Positions 19,672-29,634 of a stretch of DNA of 64,000 nucleotides are shown one piece after another. The DNA is from Phormidium sp. (GTDB taxonomy: Bacteria > Cyanobacteriota > Cyanobacteriia > Cyanobacteriales > Aerosakkonemataceae), in assembly GCA_051013385.1 (NCBI GenBank), contig CP143273.1, forward strand, positions 1,312,001-1,376,000, read 5' to 3'. Numbering within the stretch: position 1 is the first letter of the stretch; every line of letters begins with the position of its first letter. Both the position numbers and the translations under genes were made by a program. The notes under the pieces are model-generated. The model worked only from the letters and a program-made list of their open reading frames with translations. It was not told where the DNA came from and ran no database searches.

Positions 19672-20205
19672 TTGGATTTATGGCAGGAAATGAAACATAC
19701 CCATATCGCTAGTAGTACTCCCAGCCGAACTAGGATAAAACTTTCTCAAAAACGCCGCAATGCCGATGAAATGGCGCGGATTGTCCATGCGCTGAAAGAA
19801 CATCCCCAGATTCTTGATATTCGTCCGAATATTAACACTGGCAGCATTGTAATTTATCATGCTGAAAATGATGGAAATGTGGACGATATCCAAGCTGTTT
19901 TGCAGGATTTAGGCATCATTTTGGGAGACATTGTTGATGTACCAATAGTAGAGGGAAAGTCGGGAGTAGCAAAGGATTTAACTAATGCTATTTCTGACCT
20001 TAACCAAAGAGTTGGTCAAGCAAGCGGCGGTGTAGTCGATTTGCGATTCTTGGTACCCGTTGGACTTGGTACGTTGGCAATTTATCAGTTACTCCAAAAA
20101 GGATGGCAATTTGAAACGGTTCCTTGGTATGTGTTAGCTTGGTACTCTTTTGATAGCTTTATTAAGCTACATTACACCTCAGATCCAGAACAAAAGAATA
20201 GTTAG
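19672..20205 (+). CDS. HMA2-like domain membrane protein
   Basis: STPSRTRIK ... NINTGSIVIYH, plus a hydrophobic C-terminus (VPWYVLAWY). Confidence 0.7.
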   Translation: MDLWQEMKHTHIASSTPSRTRIKLSQKRRNADEMARIVHALKEHPQILDIRPNINTGSIVIYHAENDGNVDDIQAVLQDLGIILGDIVDVPIVEGKSGVAKDLTNAISDLNQRVGQASGGVVDLRFLVPVGLGTLAIYQLLQKGWQFETVPWYVLAWYSFDSFIKLHYTSDPEQKNS

Positions 20206-20489
20206 TCTGATTTTCCTAAGTCCCTTGATTTAGAGAGAAATCAGGCTCAAAATTTGTTGTTGGCGATCGACTAAAGTGCGATCGCAACTCCTTTTTCAAC
20301 TCAACTTTGACGGAAATATTTTGTTTCCCACTAACCTCTTTAGGGGTTAGTTTCTCATCAACCAAAACTGAGTTAATAAAAGGTTAAGAAAGTGGCTTTC
20401 ATTACAAAAGAATTGAAAATCTGCCATTAAGATTTTCTGAAGTTGAATTTTGCTCCTTTAAAGCGTGGAGGAATAACATATAAACCAAA

Positions 20490-23400
20490 ATGACCAATCT
20501 CACTGCACAAAACTCTAACAACGCTCTGCAAATCGTCCATAATGTTCCCGGTAGAGTGCGCCTAAAAGCAACTGATAGCAGTCAGGTAAAAGCTTTGGAA
20601 AAGGTAGCGCAAAAGCTCCGCAAACAAGAGGGAATTTACGAAGTCAGAACGAACTCGGCAACGAAAAGTTTAGTTGCTACCTTTGACAGCGATATTGTAT
20701 CAATGCCAGAGATTTCTAAAGTGCTTCAGCAGTCTGGATCGACTCAACCTTTAGTGTTAGTTGAAAAAGAGCAGAAACAAGAGTTACAGGAACTTTTGGC
20801 ATCGGGAGATCTGTCTGAACAATATCCTCGAATTGCGCGATCGATCCTATCCATAATTGCTGGAATGGCAGTCACAGGAGCATTAGGAGTAACTGGGTTA
20901 ATGTCCTTGCCAGTATTCATGATTACAGACAGAGTAAGTCATGAATTACTAAAATATATTGAGTCGGAATTTCTGTCAGAAAAGCCAGAGTTAGAAACGC
21001 CAGATTCAGCTAATGAATTAAATGGCAAGGTAGGCGATCGCCAAGAGCTAAGTTATAGCATAGTGCATGAGACTCCGGGAAGAATTCGCTTTCGCATTCC
21101 CTTAGTTGCTAAAGATGCAGATTACGCTCAAAAGCTAACTCAATTAGCTGAATCAGATTCTAGAGTTACTAACATCAAGATTAACAAAGATGCGGCATCA
21201 GTAGCAATTTTCTATCAAGCATCTGACTTGTCACCAGCAGCAATTAAAGCGCATTTAGTGCATTTAATTGAGTTAGCAAATGACCCCAGCACTTTGATTA
21301 AAATTGGTTCTTCTGCTACCATAGAAACAGAAGAAGAAACTAACCCTTGGTCTAATTTAAGTTTGCCTGTAGCAACTGCGGTGTTAGCTTTATTAAGTGG
21401 GCCGATCGGTTTACCAATTCCGCCGATCGTGACTGGGGGTGCGATCGCGATCGCCACCATACCAGTAGCACAACGCGCCTTAGAAAGCATCCTCACCGAA
21501 GGTAAATTAAACATCGATTTCCTTGACTTTTCTGCGATCGCAATTACCACATTGCAAGGTCAATTTATTAACCCCGCAATCATGTTAATCTTGATTGAAC
21601 TTGGGGAAGCAATCAGGGAACAAACGGCACGTTCTTCCAAAAAACAAACCTTAGATTTGCTCGATTCTTTAAAGCAATTTGTTTGGGTAGAACGCAACGG
21701 CGAAAAGCAAGAAATTTCCATTCACGATGTCCAAAAAGGCGACACAGTTATAGTTTATCCCGGCGATCAAATACCAGTAGACGGGCGAATTTTGCGGGGT
21801 AAAGCATTAATTGACGAACAAAAACTCACAGGCGAATCAATGCCTGTAATGCGAAGCGAAGGACAAACAGTTTACACCTCTACCTTAGTTAGAGAAGGAC
21901 AACTTTACATCCTCGCCGAACACATTGGCATTGAAACTCGCGCCGGACAAATTATTAAAGTGATGCAGGATGCACCTGTTCACGATACCCGGATCGAAAA
22001 TTACGCCGCAAAAGTTGCCGATCAAGCTGTTATTCCCACCCTATTACTATCAGGAATTGTCTTTGGTTTAACCGGGAATTTAGCTCGCGCAGCTTCCATT
22101 TTAACCATTGACTTTGCCACAGGAATTCGCGTTTCTGTACCGACAACTGTATTAGCTGCCTTGACTTATGCGGCAAGAAGAGGCATCTTAATTCGTAGCG
22201 GGAGAGCATTGGAAAAATTAGCTACTGTGGATGCAGTTGTATTTGATAAAACAGGGACTTTAACTAAAGGTGAACCGACAGTTGTTAACGTCGAAACTGC
22301 CAGCGAATCAATCTCACCTTTGCAAGTTTTAGAACTTGCCGCAGCTGCGGAACAAAGAATAACTCATCCTGTCGCTGTTGCTGTCGTCAAATATGCTGAA
22401 GATCAAGGTGCAAGAATTTTACCTCGTAGTGAATGGCATTACGAAATAGGTTTAGGAATTCGCGCCGAAATTGACGGACAAAATGTGTTAGTTGGTAGTA
22501 ACCGCTTCCTAGAACAAGAGGGAATTAACGTTGATATATTGCATGAAAAATATCCTCATCTCAAGTCAGGAAGTTGTTCTTTAATCTACGTTGCCAGCAA
22601 TGGCGAATTACAAGGTGTAATTGCTTATCGCGATCCTTTACGCGCAGAAAGTCGGGATGTAATTAAAGCTTTACGCACTGCTGCGGACATGGATATTCAC
22701 ATTTTGACAGGCGATAACAAACGCACAGCAAAAGTAGTTGCTGGTGAGTTAGGAATTGCACCAAATAATACTCATGCGGAAGCATTTCCTGAAACCAAAG
22801 TTGCTGTTGTTAAAGCATTACATGAAGAAGGAAAAACTGTAGCTTTTGTTGGTGATGGAATTAATGATTCTCCGGCGCTTGCTTATGCAGATGTTTCGGT
22901 TTCCTTCGCTGATGGTTCTGATGTGGCGAGGGAAACGGCAGATGTGGTATTAATGGAAAATAATTTGCGTGGTTTGCCGGAAGCGATCGCGATCGCACGT
23001 CAAGCATTAGAATTAATTAACCAAAATACCGCCATTGTCGCCGTACCAAACTTAAGTGCTTTAGTGTTAGCAGTGTTATTTGGAATTCCCCCACTCGCCG
23101 CCACTTTAGTTAACAACGGTTCCGCAATTGTCGCTGGATTAAATGGTTTACGTCCCCTGCTAATTAGTAACGAAGAAATGGATCAGTTGGCTAATAATTT
23201 AGATAATAACCAACAGCCAACTGTAGAATCAAGTAATGGGAATGGCAAATCTTATCACCTAGAAATAATTCCTCCCAACGGCAATGGTAAACCTCACCAT
23301 TCCTTAGAGATGAAAGATCTGGAACTCATCTCTACTAATGGTAATGGTACTCACATTCCCAAAGAACTGAGTTTAGTACATTTAAACGGGAAATCTGAGT

Positions 23401-23645
23401 ATTCTAAAAACGGGAGTTCCGTTGCAGTAGCGGAAAAAAATGGCAACTCTCACTCCCATCTGAATGTGATTGAAACAACCCGATCGTTAACAGGTAAAGC
23501 TTTAGCAGAACGCTTAAAAGTCAGCGTTAGTACCATCAGTAAAAGAAAGTCACAATCTGACTTTTCCCAATGGTGTAAAACTAAAGATCCTGAAGGAATT
23601 ACCTGGAAATATTCGGCTAAATCTCAACTGTTTGTGAGTGTTTAA
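20490..23645 (+). CDS. P1B-type heavy-metal ATPase, P1B-6/FezB-like, with two HMA2-like N-terminal domains and a C-terminal extension
   Basis: TGES, DKTGTLT, HP and GDGINDS motifs; no CPC (DFATG..SVP instead); HNVPGRVR and HETPGRIR motifs. Confidence 0.9.
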   Translation: MTNLTAQNSNNALQIVHNVPGRVRLKATDSSQVKALEKVAQKLRKQEGIYEVRTNSATKSLVATFDSDIVSMPEISKVLQQSGSTQPLVLVEKEQKQELQELLASGDLSEQYPRIARSILSIIAGMAVTGALGVTGLMSLPVFMITDRVSHELLKYIESEFLSEKPELETPDSANELNGKVGDRQELSYSIVHETPGRIRFRIPLVAKDADYAQKLTQLAESDSRVTNIKINKDAASVAIFYQASDLSPAAIKAHLVHLIELANDPSTLIKIGSSATIETEEETNPWSNLSLPVATAVLALLSGPIGLPIPPIVTGGAIAIATIPVAQRALESILTEGKLNIDFLDFSAIAITTLQGQFINPAIMLILIELGEAIREQTARSSKKQTLDLLDSLKQFVWVERNGEKQEISIHDVQKGDTVIVYPGDQIPVDGRILRGKALIDEQKLTGESMPVMRSEGQTVYTSTLVREGQLYILAEHIGIETRAGQIIKVMQDAPVHDTRIENYAAKVADQAVIPTLLLSGIVFGLTGNLARAASILTIDFATGIRVSVPTTVLAALTYAARRGILIRSGRALEKLATVDAVVFDKTGTLTKGEPTVVNVETASESISPLQVLELAAAAEQRITHPVAVAVVKYAEDQGARILPRSEWHYEIGLGIRAEIDGQNVLVGSNRFLEQEGINVDILHEKYPHLKSGSCSLIYVASNGELQGVIAYRDPLRAESRDVIKALRTAADMDIHILTGDNKRTAKVVAGELGIAPNNTHAEAFPETKVAVVKALHEEGKTVAFVGDGINDSPALAYADVSVSFADGSDVARETADVVLMENNLRGLPEAIAIARQALELINQNTAIVAVPNLSALVLAVLFGIPPLAATLVNNGSAIVAGLNGLRPLLISNEEMDQLANNLDNNQQPTVESSNGNGKSYHLEIIPPNGNGKPHHSLEMKDLELISTNGNGTHIPKELSLVHLNGKSEYSKNGSSVAVAEKNGNSHSHLNVIETTRSLTGKALAERLKVSVSTISKRKSQSDFSQWCKTKDPEGITWKYSAKSQLFVSV

Positions 23646-23675
23646 GTAGGTAGATATAAATAAAGTGAAAACTAT

Positions 23676-23830
23676 GGCAGGCAGGATGCCCGCCCCACAA
23701 GAGTTAGAGCTTTGTTGTGGGGTGGGCATCCTGCCTGCCCCACAAGAGTTAGAGCTTTGTTGTGGGGTGGGCATCCTGCCTGCCCTACAAGAGTTAGAGC
23801 TTTGTTGTGGGGTGGGCATCCTGCCTGCCC
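23676..23830. repeat. Tandem array of 45-bp REP-like units (about 3.4 copies)
   Basis: GAGTTAGAGC starts at 23701, 23746 and 23791; each unit contains GTGGGGTGGGCATCCTGCCTGCCC. Confidence 0.85.
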
Positions 23831-23902
23831 CATCCTTTAGATAACTATTATCACTTTATTTATTTACATCGACTTAGAAGAAAAGAAACGACTTCAGTCG
23901 TT

Positions 23903-24487
23903 TTATGAGAGAAATTGCAGGTCTTGAGGAGTGTCTAAGTCAATGATTCCTTGGTTAAATGGAATGCTTAAGGAATGGGAGTGATGCTGACGAATAATTG
24001 ATTTTGCACCAACATCTCCTTGAAGTGTTAATAATTCGGGAAAAAATGTTTTGTGAAATAAAGCGGGAACACCCAAAATGCCAGCGTATTCAGAGGCAAC
24101 AATGGGATAGTTTAAGTCTCGATATCCAGCAATTAATTTGTGAATTAGATCGGGTGAAACAAAGGGTTGATCGCATACCATGAGGACGATCGCATCAAGT
24201 TCAACCGAAACTCTCAACATTTCCCGCAGTCCACACTGAATCGAACTTGCCATCCCCCTTGACCAATTTTTGTTATAAAATATGTGAATGTCTAGATTTG
24301 ATAGATGTGGCACGATCGCCTCAGCATGAGCTCCCAAAACTACCCCAACTTGTTGACAGTTAGAAGCGATCGCCACCTCTGCCATCTGTCGAATCAGCGG
24401 TTTGCCTTGATAAAATAAGAGTTGTTTCGGTTGTCCTAAGCGGGTAGAGGCTCCCGCTGCCAAAATTAGGATACCAATTCTAGCCAT
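23903..24487 (-). CDS. Molybdenum cofactor cytidylyltransferase (MocA-like)
   Basis: ILAAGASTRLGQPKQLL, CDQP, GDVGAK and DLDTP motifs. Confidence 0.85.
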   Translation of the reverse strand: MARIGILILAAGASTRLGQPKQLLFYQGKPLIRQMAEVAIASNCQQVGVVLGAHAEAIVPHLSNLDIHIFYNKNWSRGMASSIQCGLREMLRVSVELDAIVLMVCDQPFVSPDLIHKLIAGYRDLNYPIVASEYAGILGVPALFHKTFFPELLTLQGDVGAKSIIRQHHSHSLSIPFNQGIIDLDTPQDLQFLS

Positions 24488-25620
24488 GCTGGTTTTGTGG
24501 GAGAATGAATCGAACCGATGCGATCGCGCAGAAAACCACCAGAACGCCCACTGAGTACCGCTTGAATTTCTGCGACGATGGAAAGGGCTATTTCTTCAGG
24601 AGTTTCCGCCCCAATATCCAACCCGATCGGATTATAAAGCTGTTGATTTGGCGTGACACCGTTTTCGGCTAAATCTTGCGATAATTGCTGCATTCGTCGT
24701 TTTGGCCCTAATACGCCTAAATAACGCAGTCCAGACGGAATCAAGGTTTTGAGAAATGCCAGATCGCTAATATATCGATGAGTCATGACAACAGCGACAG
24801 TTTGGGGTGTTAGTAAATGGTTATAGGTTTCCGGTTGTTCTGGTTTGCAGTGTAGCAGTCGATCGGCTCTTGGAAAGCGATCGCCAGTTAAATAACTCGA
24901 TCTATGATCTATAACTGTAACCTGCCAGCCTAATTGTTTGGCGAACTGCACCACTGGAATAGCATCATATCCGCCGCCAAAAATTAGCAAGGGAACGGGT
25001 GGAGAAATCACTTCCAGTAACAGATCAATTTTTCCAGAAGATAGAGTGTAAGATTGTACAAGAGTTTGTTTTTCAATCAGTGTTTTGCCAAGGTCTTTTG
25101 CAACTGTTTGAGCAATATCTTGGTTAGCGATTTGGTTGATGATTGTGGTGTCAGATTTCATCATTAGTCGATCGCCTACTCGAATATCCGACACATTTTC
25201 TACAGCAAAGACAGTGGCGATCGCAATCATTTGCTGAGTATGCAAACAATCTCGAATTAAGGAAAGTTGACTAATCGCAGAATCATGGTTCAAAGATTCA
25301 ATCAAAACATCAACAATCCCATTGCATCCTAATCCAAAACCGAACACAATATCATCACTGGAAGTTGTGTCATATCTGACTAAGATGGGATTGGTATTAT
25401 TGGAGAGGAGAGAGTGCGATCGATCCAAAATATCGCTTTCCAAACAGCCACCACTAATCGCACCAATCATCTCTCCATCTTCAGTTAATAACATCCGCGC
25501 ACCCGGTCTACGATAAGCCGATCCACTCGTTCGCACAACTGTTGCTAAGACTGCGCGTTTTTCAGCCTGTTGGCTATGTTCAAAGGCTTGTAGAATTCTT
25601 TGTAGTTCGTTCATAGGCAT
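24466..25620 (-). CDS. XdhC/CoxI family Moco-insertion chaperone
   Basis: GSAYRRPGA, ISGGCLE, GLGCNG and PIGLDIGAETPEEIA motifs. Confidence 0.9.
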   Translation of the reverse strand: MPMNELQRILQAFEHSQQAEKRAVLATVVRTSGSAYRRPGARMLLTEDGEMIGAISGGCLESDILDRSHSLLSNNTNPILVRYDTTSSDDIVFGFGLGCNGIVDVLIESLNHDSAISQLSLIRDCLHTQQMIAIATVFAVENVSDIRVGDRLMMKSDTTIINQIANQDIAQTVAKDLGKTLIEKQTLVQSYTLSSGKIDLLLEVISPPVPLLIFGGGYDAIPVVQFAKQLGWQVTVIDHRSSYLTGDRFPRADRLLHCKPEQPETYNHLLTPQTVAVVMTHRYISDLAFLKTLIPSGLRYLGVLGPKRRMQQLSQDLAENGVTPNQQLYNPIGLDIGAETPEEIALSIVAEIQAVLSGRSGGFLRDRIGSIHSPTKPAWLELVS

Positions 25621-25727
25621 TTAAAAACCTTTTTTATAAATAAACCGCTCCAGACACAGAGGACGCAGAGGGAAGAGGGAGAAGATATTAACCCAAGTTG
25701 CTAGTTATAAGATTAGTCTGATTCTTT

Positions 25728-25794
25728 GTACGTTGTTGGGCTTTAGCCCTCATAAAGCCACGTTTCCTAAGAGGGCTAAAGCCCAACAACGTAC
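25728..25794. repeat. GTAC-REP-like doublet (copy 2 of 3)
   Basis: GTACGTTGTTGGGCTTTAGCCCTC ... GAGGGCTAAAGCCCAACAACGTAC. Confidence 0.7.
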
Positions 25795-25808
25795 TTCTGC
25801 ACTCACGA

Positions 25809-27932
25809 CTATGCTATTAATTTGTCAGGAGCGATCGGTAAATTGCGGAACCGTTTGCCTGTTGCGTGGTAGATGGCGTTAGCAACAGCAGCAGCCACCC
25901 CGGTAATGCCAATTTCACCAGCACCGCGAACGCCCAAGGGGTTAAAATTTAGATCGGGTTTGCCGACAAATGTTACGTCAATGCGAGGAATATCAGCGTG
26001 GCTGGGATAATGATAAGTTGCTAAGTCATAAACTACGGGATGTCCTGTATTAGGGTCGAAAACGCACTCTTCCATCAGTGCTTCCCCAATGCCCATGATT
26101 ACGCCGCCTCGAATCTGACTGGCAGCGGCTTTGGCATTGATTACCTGCCCAACGTCCATTACCGATACCCAGCGCGTTACCCGTAGCCGTCCTAGTTCTT
26201 CATCGATCGCCACTTCACAAAAATGAGCCCCCCAAGATTGAAACGCCCATTGTTTGACTTCTTCACCACGAGCAGACGATCCTGTAGCTTCCAATGCCTC
26301 TGTTCCAGAACTTTGTAATTTCTGAAGTGCCTCTGCTATAGTGGCAAAATTCCCAGACTTGAGCAAGTTCTGACAAGCTTGTTGCACAGCAGGAGCGAGA
26401 TTTGCCGTCATTTGCGAACCTCCAGCCATGCCACCATCAGGGAACAAAGAATCGCCGATTTCTACGCTTACTCTGTCCACCGACACCCCCAAGGTTTCCG
26501 CAGCCATAATTGCTACGAGGGTATAGGCTCCAGTTCCCATGTCATTGGCAGATGTTAATACATTTACTCGTCCATCGGGTAACAATCTTACCTTAACTGC
26601 GGCGTTTCCCCGAAAACTCGGAAAGGTTGCTGCTGCCATTCCCCATCCTATTAATAGACCTTCTTTGGTGAGCGTGCGGGGTTGAGGACGATTCTGCCAA
26701 CCGAAGCGTTTGGCTCCTTCTTTCAGACAGTCGGCAAAATGCTTGGAAGAAAAGGGAAGGTTGTTCCGCAGATTGGTTTTAGTTTCGTTCTGAAGTCGCA
26801 ATTCCACTGGATCGAGGTTGAGTTTCCATGCCAGTTCATCCATTGCTGATTCCAGCGCCCACATTCCAGGGGTTTCTCCTGGTCCTCGCATAAATGCGGG
26901 AGTCCCAATATTTAATGTGGCTAGAGTTTGGCTAGTCTGCACATTAGGCGCAGCGTACATGACGGGAGTAATGTTGGTGCAGGGTTCGGTAAACTGCTCG
27001 ACGGGAGAGGTAATGGATTTAGCGGTGTGGACGATCGCTTCTAGCTTCCCATCTTTTGTCGCACTCAGCCTTAAAGTTTGCTCCGTTTCCGATCGATGCC
27101 CCGTGTTAGCAGTCATCTGGCGACGGCTCACCACTACCTTGAGCGGACGCTGTATTTGACGAGCAACGGCAGCACACAATATGCTGTGAGGCCAAGGAAA
27201 TGCTTTAGAACCAAATCCACCACCAATGTACGGAGTAACAATTCGCACCTTTTCCGAGGGAATGCCAAATAATTCGGCATAGGTGCGCTGAGATGCTGCC
27301 ACCCACTGCGAGCCTTCGTAAACCGTCAGCGCTTCTTGTCCTTGCCACTGAGCAATAATAGCATGGGGTTCCATAGGAACATGAAGTTCAGTAGAAGTGG
27401 TGTAGGTTGCTTCTACAGTTGCTCCTGCGATTTCTGTTCCCTCTGTTACCCTGGAAAATTCCCCTTTCTCAAGCACCATATCTTCGCCAAATAAACCGAT
27501 CGCAGGCTTATAAGTACCTTTGGCAGCATCAACTAATGGTGTTTCGATGTCGTACTCTACTTGCAACAGTTGGGCGGCATCCCGCGCTCGTTCAAAGGTA
27601 TCCGCTACTACCAACCCAATAATCTGTCCGGCATAATGTATCTGGTCATCAGAAAGGGGCAGACGGGCTTCGTAGACTTTGCTAGCGATAAAGTTATTGC
27701 TGGGTGGGAATACCTTGGGGGCGTTTTTGTGGGTAAAGACGGCGATCGCTCCTGGGGCTTTTTCGGCTGCTTGGGTGGAGATCGATCGAATCCTTCCTTT
27801 AGCGATCGCAGATGTCACCAAATATCCATACACTAACCCTGGAATCTGTTTCTCGGCTGTGTAGGTGGCTTTTCCTGTCACCTTAGCCAGCCCATCTTTA
27901 CGGTTAACCGCAGTACCGATCACCTTGTTCAT
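25809..27932 (-). CDS. Xanthine dehydrogenase family molybdopterin-binding subunit (PaoC/YagR-like)
   Basis: GGGFGSK, FMRGPGE, DMGTG, AGGSQ and RGAGEIG motifs. Confidence 0.92.
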   Translation of the reverse strand: MNKVIGTAVNRKDGLAKVTGKATYTAEKQIPGLVYGYLVTSAIAKGRIRSISTQAAEKAPGAIAVFTHKNAPKVFPPSNNFIASKVYEARLPLSDDQIHYAGQIIGLVVADTFERARDAAQLLQVEYDIETPLVDAAKGTYKPAIGLFGEDMVLEKGEFSRVTEGTEIAGATVEATYTTSTELHVPMEPHAIIAQWQGQEALTVYEGSQWVAASQRTYAELFGIPSEKVRIVTPYIGGGFGSKAFPWPHSILCAAVARQIQRPLKVVVSRRQMTANTGHRSETEQTLRLSATKDGKLEAIVHTAKSITSPVEQFTEPCTNITPVMYAAPNVQTSQTLATLNIGTPAFMRGPGETPGMWALESAMDELAWKLNLDPVELRLQNETKTNLRNNLPFSSKHFADCLKEGAKRFGWQNRPQPRTLTKEGLLIGWGMAAATFPSFRGNAAVKVRLLPDGRVNVLTSANDMGTGAYTLVAIMAAETLGVSVDRVSVEIGDSLFPDGGMAGGSQMTANLAPAVQQACQNLLKSGNFATIAEALQKLQSSGTEALEATGSSARGEEVKQWAFQSWGAHFCEVAIDEELGRLRVTRWVSVMDVGQVINAKAAASQIRGGVIMGIGEALMEECVFDPNTGHPVVYDLATYHYPSHADIPRIDVTFVGKPDLNFNPLGVRGAGEIGITGVAAAVANAIYHATGKRFRNLPIAPDKLIA

Positions 27933-28924
27933 GCCATACCTCCGCCCTGTGCTGAAATGGTGAGTGCCCGTTTGATTGCCCGTTTTGCCATGTTGACTTT
28001 GAAACTGTTGTGAGTTAGCGGTTTTGCTCCTTGCAATACAATCTCTGCTACTTGTTGGAATGTCTCAATTGTAGGGGATTTGCCTTTGAGGAAAGTTTCG
28101 GCTTCGGGAACTCGCCAAGGTTTATGGGCGACTCCACCCAAGGCAAGACGAGCATCCCGAATCTGATTACCAGATAGATCGATCGCAGCTGCTACCGAAA
28201 TCAGAGCAAAGGAATAGGAAGCTCGATCGCGCAACTTCAAATAAACTCCCGTTTTCCCAAAGGGTAAAGGTGGTAAAATCACAGCCGTAATCAGTTCCCC
28301 AGATTCCAAATTACTATCTCGTTCCGGGGCATCACCCGGTAAACGATGAAAGTCATTAAACGGAATCTGTCGCTGTCCTTTGCTGCTTTCCACTTCTACC
28401 ACTGCATCCAACGCTGCCAATGCCACGCACATATCAGAAGGATGAACGGCAATGCAACTATCGCTTGCTCCCAAAATCGCGTGCATCCGATTGATTCCCG
28501 GAAGTGCTGCACAACCACTTCCCGGCTGTCTTTTATTGCAAGCAAATACGGTGTCGTAGTAGTAAGGACAACGAGTGCGTTGTAACAAATTACCACCGAC
28601 GGTTGCCATGTTGCGAATTTGTTGGGATGCTCCCGACAAAATGGCGCGAGATAACAGGGGATAGTCACGGCGAATCTGGGGATGATCGGCAACCGCTGTA
28701 TTAGTTGCCAGTGCGCCAATGCGAATGCCTCCTTCTCTTGTAGCTTCGATTTGTTTTAAATCTAAACGAGAGACATCAATCAGTTGTTCGGGTCGATCGA
28801 GAAATACTTTTAGGCGATCGATCAGGTTAGTTCCCCCGGCAATGAACTGGGCATTTTGTGTAGTTTGCGATCGCTGCACCGCATCTTCAGCCGAAGTAGC
28901 CCGAACATAAGCAAAATTCTTCAT
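27929..28924 (-). CDS. Xanthine dehydrogenase family FAD-binding subunit (PaoB/YagS-like)
   Basis: IAGGTNL, QIRNMATVGGN, Cys-rich RTRCPYY..CNKR..GC insertion, HPSD. Confidence 0.92.
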   Translation of the reverse strand: MKNFAYVRATSAEDAVQRSQTTQNAQFIAGGTNLIDRLKVFLDRPEQLIDVSRLDLKQIEATREGGIRIGALATNTAVADHPQIRRDYPLLSRAILSGASQQIRNMATVGGNLLQRTRCPYYYDTVFACNKRQPGSGCAALPGINRMHAILGASDSCIAVHPSDMCVALAALDAVVEVESSKGQRQIPFNDFHRLPGDAPERDSNLESGELITAVILPPLPFGKTGVYLKLRDRASYSFALISVAAAIDLSGNQIRDARLALGGVAHKPWRVPEAETFLKGKSPTIETFQQVAEIVLQGAKPLTHNSFKVNMAKRAIKRALTISAQGGGMA

Positions 28925-29538
28925 CCCGCCACCTCCTGCACCACCATTGTCGCCGCCGGAGAAGGCGGAGTTTGTCCTGCTGCTTGTTGCACAGCTGCCA
29001 CAATACCGTTATAAGCACTACAGCGACAGAGATTACCGCTGAGTCGTTCTTTAATCTCGGTTTCCGAAAGCGTTGCCAGTTGGGGTGGATTGGTTAAATC
29101 AGCCGTCAGAGCACTAGCACAACCGCGATTAACTTCCGCTAACAGAGCAACCGATGCACAGATTTGCCCAGGTGTACAATACCCACACTGAAAGCCATCA
29201 TTTTCAATAAATGCAGCTTGCACGGGATGTAGTTGTTCGCCTTTCGCCAAACCTTCGATCGTGGTAATCGATCGCCCTTCCTGCATTATGGCAAGGGAGA
29301 GACAGGAGTAAATGCGATCGCCATCGATCAGCACCGTACAAGCACCACATTGACCATGATCGCAACCTTTTTTCGTGCCTGTCAGTCCCAACCTTTCCCG
29401 TAATACATCCAACAACGTAACACGCGGTTCAATCGAAACAGTCTGAGACTGTCCATTGATGGTAAGCGTAACAGGGGTTTCCCCTTGCATGGGAAAATCG
29501 CGTTCGGCTTTGCCGTCTTGCAGGGAATCGGTTAACAT
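28921..29538 (-). CDS. Xanthine dehydrogenase family [2Fe-2S] subunit (PaoA/YagT-like)
   Basis: GCDHGQCGAC, QCGYCTPG and GNLCRC motifs. Confidence 0.93.
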   Translation of the reverse strand: MLTDSLQDGKAERDFPMQGETPVTLTINGQSQTVSIEPRVTLLDVLRERLGLTGTKKGCDHGQCGACTVLIDGDRIYSCLSLAIMQEGRSITTIEGLAKGEQLHPVQAAFIENDGFQCGYCTPGQICASVALLAEVNRGCASALTADLTNPPQLATLSETEIKERLSGNLCRCSAYNGIVAAVQQAAGQTPPSPAATMVVQEVAG

Positions 29539-29634
29539 TTCTTGACCCTCAGCAACATTAACATTATGTAGGATTTTCGGGGCAGCGATCGCTAATCATT
29601 TAGACTCTCTATAAACAATAACAATCTGAGAGTT

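Noticed and set aside
23550..23819. ORF with a repeated MPTPQQSSNSC peptide
   Set aside because: Translation of the 45-bp repeat; overlaps the ATPase end on the opposite strand
23676..23830. Possible CRISPR array
   Set aside because: The 'spacers' are identical, the unit is only 45 bp and there are no cas genes; it is a REP tandem repeat
25809..28924. Numerous 60-113-aa antisense or alternate-frame ORFs within the molybdoenzyme genes (and similar ones inside other long CDSs)
   Set aside because: Shadow ORFs of well-supported genes, with no motifs or RBS
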